Assembly (NCBI GenBank): GCA_944359625.1 | Contig: CALVSW010000006.1 | Span: 5,070 to 69,069 of the forward strand | Direction: 5' to 3' | Length of the DNA stretch: 64,000 nt | Origin: an uncultured Bacilli bacterium | Lineage (GTDB): Bacteria; Bacillota_I; Bacilli_A; RF39; UBA660 | Shown here: in pieces, positions 1-8,787 of the stretch | Layout of the letters: every line of letters begins with the position of its first letter | Numbering within the stretch: position 1 is the stretch's first letter | Made by a program: the position numbers and the translations under genes | The notes under the pieces: model-generated | Seen by the model: the letters and a program-made list of their open reading frames with translations, nothing else | The model's database searches: none | What the model was told of the DNA's origin: nothing

Positions 1-349
1 ATTTATTTTTAAAAGATTTATTTAAACCATTATTATTTTTAAATATTATGTTATTCATATAACTAGATTTTTTTTGGCTGTTATCAATTAGTTCGATAAT
101 TTCAAAATTAGGATATCTTAATTCATACCATACAGCCACTTTTTCAATTAAATCACGCATTTCTTGAGCCTTATAATATTCTCCAATATCAGTATATCCT
201 CCAAATAATTTGCTTTTATCATACCATTTAATAAATTCATCAACTTTACTATTTAATTCTAAAGAAGTTGTCATTTCTTCTCCTACTTTTTTAGCAGTAT
301 CTATCTGTCCCCTTTTTAAAAAACTTAATAATTTTTCTTTAATATCCAT
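1..349 (-). CDS. hypothetical protein, N-terminal part (CDS runs off the left window edge)
   Basis: The ATG at 347-349 (minus) is preceded by an AGGAGGTTTT Shine-Dalgarno at 351-360. My translation MDIKEKLLSFLKRGQIDTAKKVGEEM... stays open to position 1. It is absent from the ORF track because no stop lies in the window. Confidence 0.45.
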   Translation of the reverse strand, partial: MDIKEKLLSFLKRGQIDTAKKVGEEMTTSLELNSKVDEFIKWYDKSKLFGGYTDIGEYYKAQEMRDLIEKVAVWYELRYPNFEIIELIDNSQKKSSYMNNIIFKNNNGLNKSFKNK

Positions 350-476
350 TAAAACCTCCTAAAAAAATATTATACATTAAAAGTTTTCTATGAACAACTA
401 TCTAATATAGTAAAAGTTATATATAACTTAATATGTAATATTATATTAATTTGTAAGCTTTAATTAGATATATTAA

Positions 477-1325
477 CTAAATTTTTATAGCTTTATCCAT
501 CTTTTCTATTTCAAGTTTGCCAATAACATAAGTTCTAGTATTACCATTAACTATTTGTTGATAATTATTAAAAATATCATAATCTAAAAATGTTTTTAAG
601 GTATCATTTTTAACAAAATCTATAAATTCTTCAGTAGTTATTTTTCCTATAAATGGGTAGTAATTAGAAATTCTGTTGTTACTATATGCTGTTACTGGCA
701 TACTATAGTCTAAAAGAGCATAATCATTTTTTCTTTTTACAATGTTAAAACAGTGAGTTTCTTGATGATTATCATTATCTATACATCCTAAACAATAATA
801 AACTTCAAATCCAAACAAACTTAAAATTTGTTGAGCCAAAGCTGCTCGTTCAGTACACATAGCAACCCCTACACCTTTTAAATCACCTATTTTTAGATTA
901 TCTAAAGCATCAAAATTTTCCTCATCAGAACGATCCTTTTTCCATACTAAAGATTGAAGAAATATACTTCTAATATCATTATTTTTAGGATATCCAAAAT
1001 AATTATTAATAAAAATTGCTAAATTATATATAATTTCTGCTTTAGTATGGATATTATATTTTCTAATAAATTTAGCAAATTCATAGAAATAATCGGTTGT
1101 TTCCATTCCGTATGTTTCCATTGCCCTATTGTTATATTTTATTCTAGTATGTAAAGGAATAAAGCCTTTAAATAGACTATTAAAATTCCCATTATCTAAA
1201 AAGACTAATTGTTCTATTTTAGTACTATTTTTATCCATTTCTGTTATTGATTTGAAAATAAGTTTATTAACTTCTTCGTCATTAGTACATTTTAATATTT
1301 TTTCTAATAAATTCATATTAATCAT
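477..1325 (-). CDS. hypothetical protein with a transglutaminase-like cysteine-peptidase core
   Basis: 282-aa ORF. The stretch GVAMCTERAALAQQILSLFGFEVYY...THCFNIV...ALLDYS has the Cys...His...Asp spacing of the transglutaminase/papain-like fold. Motif-level call only. Confidence 0.45.
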   Translation of the reverse strand: MINMNLLEKILKCTNDEEVNKLIFKSITEMDKNSTKIEQLVFLDNGNFNSLFKGFIPLHTRIKYNNRAMETYGMETTDYFYEFAKFIRKYNIHTKAEIIYNLAIFINNYFGYPKNNDIRSIFLQSLVWKKDRSDEENFDALDNLKIGDLKGVGVAMCTERAALAQQILSLFGFEVYYCLGCIDNDNHQETHCFNIVKRKNDYALLDYSMPVTAYSNNRISNYYPFIGKITTEEFIDFVKNDTLKTFLDYDIFNNYQQIVNGNTRTYVIGKLEIEKMDKAIKI

Positions 1326-1491
1326 TTATCCTTTGCTATAGTATAAAATAACATAATTAAAAATAGATGTATAGATTTAAATTTTATAAAAAATGTTGTT
1401 AACTTTGATAAGATTAAATTTTTTTTAATTAATTTTAGATTTTTTAAGTATTAAAATATGATTTTATAACAAATTGATATAGGTGATATTT

Positions 1492-2481
1492 ATGTTAAAT
1501 TATGAACAAGGTTTATGCGCTGTAAGAATATTTTTAAATTCTCTTGGATTAATTGTAGATGAGATAGACAAATTTGATAAAAAATCTACAATTAACATTT
1601 TTGATAATAATATGAATAAAGTTGGCTCTATATATTTAGATAATGGAAAAATACTAATATCGGCTTATTATAATCATTTTGCTTTAAATGCAAGTTATAC
1701 CCTGCCAGCTATATCATCATTTAAAGATTATGAATGTGTAAATATGGAATATGCTTTATATGGTAATTGGGAAAATATTATTAAATATAAAATAGATTGT
1801 AATGAATTTAAAGTAGATGGGAATTTTTTTATAGATTCTTCTATTGATACTGAGTATGGTTTATCTTGTTTATGTCATCATTTAATATTTTGTAAATTAT
1901 TAAATAAGATTATTACTATAAAAATATTAGAAGATGGTTTTATATTTGGAGTAGAAATTAAAGATGATAATATTGATGAAAAAATACAAATAAATCCTTT
2001 TGATGATTTAAATGGCTTTTTTATACATACTATTCAAAATATTGATTCTTATAAAAAATATTCAGGAATATTTTTAGATGCAAATGATGAAGAAAATAAA
2101 GATAAATTGCATCTTTTTCTAAAAGAATCGAAAGGTTCTAAAACAATTAATTATAGAAGTACATATGTATCTAAAATTATAAATGAAGATAATAATGAAC
2201 AAGCAATTATTCAAAAAGGAATGCTGATGCAGAAATTAGATTCATCTATGTATGATGCAATTAAAATGATAAGAAATATTTTAAAAATTAATAATGTATA
2301 TTTTTTGGATAACTTAATTAGCATAAGCTATGATGACTATACTGATAACGAAATAGAAGCTTTATTAGGAATTAAACGTGATGTTAAATTATATCAAGAT
2401 GAAGAAAAAGATTTAATAAGTGCTTACTTTGGAATTAAATCAAAAAATCGTCTTAAATTTATTCATATAAAAAAAGAATAA
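1492..2481 (+). CDS. hypothetical protein
   Basis: Long ORF. I moved the start to ATG 1492, which sits 5 nt after an AGGTGA RBS (the track starts at GTG 1483). No recognisable motifs. Confidence 0.6.
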   Translation: MLNYEQGLCAVRIFLNSLGLIVDEIDKFDKKSTINIFDNNMNKVGSIYLDNGKILISAYYNHFALNASYTLPAISSFKDYECVNMEYALYGNWENIIKYKIDCNEFKVDGNFFIDSSIDTEYGLSCLCHHLIFCKLLNKIITIKILEDGFIFGVEIKDDNIDEKIQINPFDDLNGFFIHTIQNIDSYKKYSGIFLDANDEENKDKLHLFLKESKGSKTINYRSTYVSKIINEDNNEQAIIQKGMLMQKLDSSMYDAIKMIRNILKINNVYFLDNLISISYDDYTDNEIEALLGIKRDVKLYQDEEKDLISAYFGIKSKNRLKFIHIKKE

Positions 2482-2610
2482 AACCTTTCATATAAATCCA
2501 TATTATCTTAATAAATATTAAAATGCAAGTAAAATAAAATTATAACTTTATTAACTTGTCATATCTTTTAAATATGACATCTAAAAAAATAGGTTATTTG
2601 ATTTATATGA

Positions 2611-3144
2611 TTAATTATGATTTTTATTTTTGTTTATATACTTTTTATAAGATTCTATTAGGTCTGGCTCATTCTGATTTTCCGGTAAATTATCTAAATC
2701 AAAAAAGCACATTTCTTTAGACTCTAAATTCCATTTTAAAGTACCATTATAGTTATTAATATAATATAAAACCATGTTATTTATAACGATATCCCCATTT
2801 GGATATTCATTTTTTCTACTAAAACCAGAAATAATATCAATTAATTTTAAATCACTTTCTAGAACATCTAAATTAGTTTATTCTTTAATCTATGAAATCT
2901 TTCACCTATTTTTGAAAACCACCAGGTAATATTCCAATAATCTTTATCTATTCTTCTTTATAATAATGGCAGCAGTTCCGTCTTGTAAAAGTACAAATTT
3001 ATGTTTTAACTCTCCAATGTATAGATTTGTAAATACTGGATAAGGAATTATATAACTTAATTTAATTATTTCATATATTAATTCTTTATAATTTAAATTT
3101 TATTTTTCTTTTAAAGATAATTTTTTCTCTAAAAAATATATCAT
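2611..3144 (-). pseudogene. degraded NUDIX-hydrolase-like gene (multiple stops and frameshifts)
   Basis: Minus-strand reading gives MIYFLEKKLSLKEK*. Other frames then give ...IIGILPGGFQKIGE... (a Nudix-box-like LPGG..E.GE) and ...SGFSRKNEYPNGDIVINNMVLYYINNYNGTLKWNLESKEMCFFDLDNLPENQ. No intact ORF appears in the track across about 530 nt. Confidence 0.4.
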
Positions 3145-3149
3145 ATAAA

Positions 3150-3989
3150 CTATTTAACTTTTTGAAAATAAAGATCATAACTATTATTATGTTGTTCTTT
3201 AATTGTATTTAGTATTTCTTCTTTATTAGTTTCTCCAAAACCTACAAAGGTTTTTGTTCCTATTACTATAAAAGGAACAGAAGAAATATCCTCATCTAAA
3301 GCATTAGCAAACTTATTCATTAAATTATAATTATCTTGGTTATACCATACTTCAAATGTATTAAGATTATATAAATCTTTATAATCTTCATTTTCTTCTA
3401 AGAAATTTAAAAATTCTTCACAATGAGGACAGCCATTACCCCAGAAAAGATAAATATTTATTTTGTTAGTATCATACTTTATATCTTCTAAAGAAGTATC
3501 AGGAATATCAATAGTAACAATATCATAATAATTTGTATTAGTATTAGTATTGTTAATATTTTTTTCTGGTAAAGATATATATTCTTTTAACCAAGAGTTA
3601 AAATCATCATTATCATTTATATTTAGAGTGGCTATTAATTTTCCTTTACTAAATATAGCTAAAGCTGGATAATTTTTGATTTTATCTTCTAATATAGTAT
3701 CTTTTAAATCAAAATAAGATATTTTATAAAAACTTATTTGATAATTATTCATAAAATCATATAATTCTTGTTCAAAATCATTAGATTTTATAGATTCATT
3801 ACAATTTATAAAAACTAAAAAATTTTCTTTATTATTAATTAGTTCTTTTAACTTATCAACATTTAAATTAATAAAATTGGCACTTTCTAAATATACATCA
3901 TCTAAACTAATTAATTTATCTTGATTAGAAGAAGCAGTCATTATAATTGTACTACATAAAAGGATAATTATTATTATTATTTTCTTCAT
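3150..3989 (-). CDS. exported thioredoxin-fold thiol-disulfide oxidoreductase-like protein (CPHC)
   Basis: N-terminal signal/anchor (KKIIIIIILLCSTIIMTASS). The C-terminal domain carries WGNGCPHCEEF and a cis-Pro-type motif SVPFIVIG. The start lies 2 nt after the stop of the upstream XRE gene. Confidence 0.6.
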   Translation of the reverse strand: MKKIIIIIILLCSTIIMTASSNQDKLISLDDVYLESANFINLNVDKLKELINNKENFLVFINCNESIKSNDFEQELYDFMNNYQISFYKISYFDLKDTILEDKIKNYPALAIFSKGKLIATLNINDNDDFNSWLKEYISLPEKNINNTNTNTNYYDIVTIDIPDTSLEDIKYDTNKINIYLFWGNGCPHCEEFLNFLEENEDYKDLYNLNTFEVWYNQDNYNLMNKFANALDEDISSVPFIVIGTKTFVGFGETNKEEILNTIKEQHNNSYDLYFQKVK

Positions 3990-3991
3990 AA

Positions 3992-4693
3992 TTAATCTCC
4001 ACTACAAGAATCATCCATTGTTAAAGGAATACGATAAGTAACTTTTTTATTATCTTTAGTTGCTATTATAGATAAATATAATTTATGATTAGCATAATCT
4101 TCACAAGTATTTTTATAATTATCAATAGTAAAAGTTACTTTTCTTAAGAATTCATCTAATGTTATACTATTTTCATAAAGATAAGAACTTATTTTTTTAT
4201 CGATATCATTATCATTTTCATATAATACGCACTCTATTTCATCATACAAAGTATTATCTTGTTCATCTCCGCAATAAGTAATATTAGTTATATATATAGC
4301 AGACTTATTATTATTATAGGCTATGCTTCCTGATAAACTAAAATCATTACAATTACTAGATAAAGTCTTAAATTTAAAATCTTCTCTTTTTATAATAATA
4401 CCAATAATTAAAATAATAATAATTAAGGATATTAATACACTAGTAATAATAATAATTTTCTTTTTATTATTTTTTTCTTTCTTGATATTTTCATCAGCAA
4501 ATAAAGTATCTAAACTATAATTAAAATCTTTAGCAATGTGTTTTATTAAAATAATATCGGGTAAATTTTTACCATTTTCCCATTTACTTACGGCTTGAGC
4601 AGTTACATTATATTTTTCTGCTAAATCTTTTTGGGTTAAATTATTTTTCTTTCTTATATCTTTAATTATTTGACCAAATCTTTCTTGATTCAT
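3992..4693 (-). CDS. membrane-anchored XRE-family HTH regulator with a Cys-containing external domain
   Basis: The N-terminus NLTQKDLAEKYNVTAQAVSKWENGKNLP is a Cro/C1-type HTH. It is followed by one TM helix (IIIITSVLISLIIIILIIGIII) and a roughly 130-aa C-terminal domain with 6 Cys. Confidence 0.7.
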   Translation of the reverse strand: MNQERFGQIIKDIRKKNNLTQKDLAEKYNVTAQAVSKWENGKNLPDIILIKHIAKDFNYSLDTLFADENIKKEKNNKKKIIIITSVLISLIIIILIIGIIIKREDFKFKTLSSNCNDFSLSGSIAYNNNKSAIYITNITYCGDEQDNTLYDEIECVLYENDNDIDKKISSYLYENSITLDEFLRKVTFTIDNYKNTCEDYANHKLYLSIIATKDNKKVTYRIPLTMDDSCSGD

Positions 4694-4855
4694 TAAACGA
4701 CACTCCTTTAAAAGACAATGGTTCTAAATTTATTTTATCATAAATTGAATGATTATTAATAAGTTATTTTTTTGATTTTATAATATACCCTTGAAATATT
4801 TCCTATTAATAATAATATTTACATTATAAAATAAAACTATGAAAGGAAAAAGATT

Positions 4856-5566
4856 ATGAATCAAGAAAAAATAGGTAAATTTATTGCCAGTTGTAGAAAA
4901 AAGAAAAATATAACCCAGCAAGAATTAGCAGATAAGTTAGGAGTATCTGATCGAAGTATAGGTAATTGGGAAAATGGTAGAAATATGCCGGATTTATCCT
5001 TATTTAAACCTTTATGTAAAGAATTAGATATTACTATAAATGATTTAATAAGTGGGGAAAAAGTAAAAGAAAATGAATATCAAGAAAAATTAGAAGAAAA
5101 TATTGTAAAGACAATAAATTATAGTAATAAAAAAATCGAAAATCGTAATCACTTTATAGGATTAATATTTATAATTTTTGGAATATTAATTGCTATTACT
5201 GCCATTGCTATATTTCCAAGTGAAAGTAGTTGGGGATCTATTTATTCCGTTTTAGGGGCTATAATATCTTTAATTGGAATTAATAAGTTTACAAAAAAAT
5301 TATCTTATCCAATTAGATTATTATGTAATTTTGGATATTTTATAATATTTATTATAATTTTAATAACAATAGATTATATTGGTGTTATTAATATTCATCA
5401 AGCACCAAGATTTGCCTTATTTAAAATTACTGGGGAAGATACTATCTACTATGATACTCCATTTTATGATGTTGCTAGATGTAATGTAAATGAATCTAAT
5501 GAAGAATTTAAAGTATTTAAAAATCAAACATATGATAAAAATAATATAGATAAGTACTGTAAATAA
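4856..5566 (+). CDS. membrane-anchored XRE-family HTH regulator (paralog of 3992-4693)
   Basis: The N-terminus ITQQELADKLGVSDRSIGNWENGRNMP is a Cro/C1 HTH, followed by three hydrophobic helices. It is divergent from its paralog. Confidence 0.7.
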   Translation: MNQEKIGKFIASCRKKKNITQQELADKLGVSDRSIGNWENGRNMPDLSLFKPLCKELDITINDLISGEKVKENEYQEKLEENIVKTINYSNKKIENRNHFIGLIFIIFGILIAITAIAIFPSESSWGSIYSVLGAIISLIGINKFTKKLSYPIRLLCNFGYFIIFIIILITIDYIGVINIHQAPRFALFKITGEDTIYYDTPFYDVARCNVNESNEEFKVFKNQTYDKNNIDKYCK

Positions 5567-5636
5567 TAATAAATTAAAGTAATAAAAAAGCTAGTTATTA
5601 GAAATATAACTAATTTTTTTAAATTGTATATATATT

Positions 5637-6014
5637 CTATTTAGCTCTTCTTAAAACTCTTTTATTATCTTTTAAATGAGGTCTATTAGAAGCTAATTGC
5701 ATTTTTTCATCTTCAGTTAATTCATCACTAAGTAGTTCAAGTGTCATAGTATTTAAATATGTTGTATCAACTCCAGGACAAATTTCAGAAGAATTTAAAA
5801 TTAAAGTTTTATTCTTATGTAAATATTCTTTTAATTCTAAATATAAATTATTATTATCTTTTGAGTAGCTTATAAATTCACATATATAGTCTAATTCAAT
5901 AATTTTTATGGTTTTTATAACATTTAGAGGTGAGATTATAATATCAATATCACTTAATGCTAAATTTATTTTTTGCCCTAATGACATTTTATAATCTTTT
6001 AATCTTTTTTCCAT
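5637..6014 (-). CDS. hypothetical protein
   Basis: I moved the start to ATG 6014 behind an AAAGGAGA RBS (the track ORF starts further upstream at 6068). No motifs recognised. Confidence 0.5.
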   Translation of the reverse strand: MEKRLKDYKMSLGQKINLALSDIDIIISPLNVIKTIKIIELDYICEFISYSKDNNNLYLELKEYLHKNKTLILNSSEICPGVDTTYLNTMTLELLSDELTEDEKMQLASNRPHLKDNKRVLRRAK

Positions 6015-6174
6015 GTTATCTCCTTTAATACTATTTTTTATTGTAAGAAAGTTTATAAAAAAAAGCAAGTATTATTAAATCATACAATATGTACTTATTT
6101 TACTAAACTTATTACTATTTTTATAATAAAACTTAAATTCATGATAAAATATTTATTGAAAGAATGTAAATAAA

Positions 6175-6450
6175 ATGAATGAAACAGAAAATAAAGTAAA
6201 AGATTTGATGAATGTGTTTATTGATGAAGATAAGCCTGCATCATTATCCGAAAAAGACAAAGAATTTGATAAATATGCCAAATTATACGAAGAAAGATTT
6301 AATAAGAAAGCATATATTCCTGAACCAAGTGGTACAAAAGAATTTGCTATTGAATGTATAAAAAAGTGTTTGTCCGAGAATAAAGATATATTAGATGAGT
6401 TATATTATGATAATTTTAAAAAAGATGAAAAAAACGATGTATTATATTAA
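6175..6450 (+). CDS. hypothetical small acidic protein
   Basis: 91-aa ORF with no recognisable motif. Confidence 0.45.
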   Translation: MNETENKVKDLMNVFIDEDKPASLSEKDKEFDKYAKLYEERFNKKAYIPEPSGTKEFAIECIKKCLSENKDILDELYYDNFKKDEKNDVLY

Positions 6451-6700
6451 AACTTGGTTAAAAGTAGTTGTATAATTTTCTATAATAACTCTATTATTAA
6501 ATATTTAAATTTCTAAAGGGGATATCTCATTACTATATAAATGCATCAATATCTTTAGCATTCGTATTTGAATTAGTTTTATATTTTCGATAAATTCCAA
6601 AATATCATTATTAAAATTTAAAATAATTATACTTTAAAATGATTTTTCTACTAATAGTATTTCCTATATAATTGTTTTACATTATAGTATCCGTTACTCA

Positions 6701-6730
6701 AAAAAACATAGAAATTAATCTATGTTTTTT
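6701..6730. terminator. bidirectional hairpin (A-run / stem / T-run)
   Basis: aaaaaacatag-aaattaat-ctatgtttttt: a perfect 10-11 bp stem flanked by A and T runs. Confidence 0.4.
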
Positions 6731-6829
6731 AGGTGTATATATAGATTCAAAAATAATAAAATAAGTCAATTGAACATCATGCGATGCATTTAAATAATCA
6801 TCAAAATTAATTATCTAGTACTACTATCT

Positions 6830-7048
6830 CTATTTAATAAAATCTTCTAATTTTTTTCTTTCACTCTTATCATTTAGAAAAAATAAAAATTTTGTATCTA
6901 GTAAATCCTTAACATATTTTTTGTCGTTCAACTTTAATATGCTATCTACAATGTACTGTTGATCTAATTTTTTCCAAAAATCATTACAAGCATCCAGAAA
7001 ATCAGCTAATACGGAAGCATCTTTATGTTCTATAAAATAGTCAATCAA
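6830..7048 (-). CDS. hypothetical protein or gene remnant
   Basis: 72-aa ORF that begins with TTG and has no clear RBS. It lies in a gene-poor, decaying region. Confidence 0.25.
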   Translation of the reverse strand: MIDYFIEHKDASVLADFLDACNDFWKKLDQQYIVDSILKLNDKKYVKDLLDTKFLFFLNDKSERKKLEDFIK

Positions 7049-7132
7049 AAATTTTTGATTATATTCAGTATAGATACATGTTAAAAATATTATACAATAT
7101 ATATTTTTATTAGTTATTAATTTATTAACGAA

Positions 7133-7237
7133 TTATAAATGCTCATTTTCAGTTAAATGTGTAATTAAAGTATGATATGGTCCCTTTTTATATTGTTCTA
7201 ATATTAGTTGCTCTTTTTCTGTATATTCATTTAACAT
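7133..7237 (-). CDS. possible 34-aa small ORF (MLNEYTEKEQLILEQYKKGPYHTLITHLTENEHL)
   Basis: ATG 7237 is preceded by a GAAGGTG RBS at suitable spacing. It is too short to judge. Confidence 0.2.
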   Translation of the reverse strand: MLNEYTEKEQLILEQYKKGPYHTLITHLTENEHL

Positions 7238-7633
7238 TTTTATTGCACCTTCTTCTAATATTTATTGAATTGTTAATTTTTTCAAACCATTTTAAAGATA
7301 TAATATATATTTTTCATATGTTTTCAAATGTAGTAAAATCCTAGTTGCTTTTTATTAGAATAACCATAGATGGCTAATCAAATTTTCAGCAAAAATAAGT
7401 TTTATTATTTATGGCTAAGTTCTACTCTAAAATATATTATAGAGTTTCATAAACATATAAAACTTCTTTCAAATAAACAAAAAAGTTAACCAAAATTAAC
7501 CTTTATATATAGAAGTCGATTAGTTCGACTAATTTCCCTATGGTGCGATAGTTAAGATAGTTCGAAACCATCACAACAAATAAATAAACAATTTAATTCT
7601 ATAACCATTATACCATGACTTTTACTAATTTTT

Positions 7634-7677
7634 ATAAAAATGAAAAAGACCTAAGGCTTCTAAAGTTTCCTAGGCAC
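7634..7677 (-). repeat. 44-nt direct repeat, copy 1; reads as a terminator-like hairpin plus T-run on the minus strand, downstream of the Abi gene
   Basis: tataaaaatgaaaaagacctaaggcttctaaagtttcctaggcac. On the minus strand this is gcctagg-N-gccttagg followed by tcttttt. Confidence 0.7.
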
Positions 7678-7710
7678 TTTTCAATATTATTATATGTTAT
7701 GAATTAATAT

Positions 7711-8598
7711 TTATACAATATAATAGTCCTTATCAAATCCCATTACTTTTAATACTTCATCAATAGTAATTGAAGTTAGATTATCTTTTAATGTATCTAA
7801 TTCTTTTTTAATTAAACTTTTCATTTCTATTGCTTGATCATTTTCTAAAAGTAATTCTAATGATTTAATTATTATATACATATTGGTATGTAATGCTTTA
7901 TCAGGAGATTTTTTAGTTTTATCTAGTCTAATATAGAATGTACTTCTATAAGTATATAATCTATCATCATGAGCTGCTATATTACGAACTGAAGTTAAAT
8001 TACCAAGAATATTTTTTAATATTCTATCATTAATATGAAATTGCTTACTTATTTCTTGTCTATCTTGTTGTTTCATTAAACCATAAAACTTACTTATAGT
8101 TCCAAGTGATAATAATTTAGTAACAACCCAAGGTGGAACAAATCCATATTTACTCATATAATGAGTTATTGCATCATGTTTACCATTTCCTTTATCAATT
8201 TCATTTTTTATTTCTTCAATTAATCTTTCTATATGTTCTAAGTTAGAATCATCATCCTTTAAATCAAAATTATTGATATCTAAATAATCTTCTAATCCAT
8301 ACTTTTCAGCAAATAAATTGGCAATTTTAGTTTTTATTACTGCCTCTATTTCAAGAATATATTTAAGCATTATTATCTTTAAATTTTTATCAAACTTATA
8401 CATTGCAAATATTTCTTCAAATGAAGCATTACCTTTATAATTATCTCCTATTTTAAATATCCATTTATAGGAGTTTACTATTGAATAATAAGAATACTTT
8501 TCAATTAAATATCTAGCATTATTATCATCTTTTATTGATACACCTTTTGAAGTTAATATTTCTATTAATTCATTTGTTGATTTAAATTCTTTAACCAT
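7711..8598 (-). CDS. Abi_2 (AbiD/AbiF-like) abortive-infection family protein
   Basis: The N-terminus KSTNELIEILTSKGVSIKDDNNARYLIEKYSYYSIVNSY and the downstream NIAAHDDRLY are typical of Abi-like (Abi_2) phage-resistance proteins. A strong AGGAGGTAAAA RBS precedes the start. Confidence 0.7.
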   Translation of the reverse strand: MVKEFKSTNELIEILTSKGVSIKDDNNARYLIEKYSYYSIVNSYKWIFKIGDNYKGNASFEEIFAMYKFDKNLKIIMLKYILEIEAVIKTKIANLFAEKYGLEDYLDINNFDLKDDDSNLEHIERLIEEIKNEIDKGNGKHDAITHYMSKYGFVPPWVVTKLLSLGTISKFYGLMKQQDRQEISKQFHINDRILKNILGNLTSVRNIAAHDDRLYTYRSTFYIRLDKTKKSPDKALHTNMYIIIKSLELLLENDQAIEMKSLIKKELDTLKDNLTSITIDEVLKVMGFDKDYYIV

Positions 8599-8608
8599 TT
8601 TTACCTCC

Positions 8609-8652
8609 TATAAAATGAAAAAGACCTAGGGCTTCAAAAGTTTCCTAGGCAC
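8609..8652 (-). repeat. 44-nt direct repeat, copy 2, immediately upstream of the Abi RBS
   Basis: tataaaatgaaaaagacctagggcttcaaaagtttcctaggcac. It differs from copy 1 by one indel and two substitutions. Confidence 0.7.
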
Positions 8653-8787
8653 ATCTCGATAAATAATATACACTATTTATTGATAAAATGCAATACTTTT
8701 GAAGAAATTTTCTAATCATCGTAGATTTTTATTTGGAATTCCGTTTTATAATAAAAAACTGAAATAAGTCTGATAGTAGTCTAATAT

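Noticed and set aside
2558-2580. The hairpin tgtcatat-cttttaa-atatgaca after the 1492-2481 gene might be an intrinsic terminator.
   Set aside because: On the plus strand it is followed by an A-rich rather than a T-rich tract. In the minus orientation the T-run precedes the stem. It does not fit the classical terminator model in either direction.
3530-3560. Short tandem repeats (gtattagtattagtattg, encoding NTNTNTN) and other AT-rich microrepeats might be CRISPR-like or VNTR features.
   Set aside because: They are only 2-3 units of 6 nt inside a coding region. No repeat-spacer periodicity exists anywhere in the window, so no CRISPR array is present.
7515-7565. On the minus strand, GTGATGGTTTCGAAC resembles the tmRNA 5' region GTAATGGTTTCGACA. 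The segment could be a duplicated ssrA fragment marking an island boundary, or a tRNA-like att site.
   Set aside because: Only about 13 of 15 nt match. It corresponds to the 5' part of tmRNA, not the 3' part that integrases duplicate. No acceptor or T-arm structure can be folded around it. It is probably coincidental.
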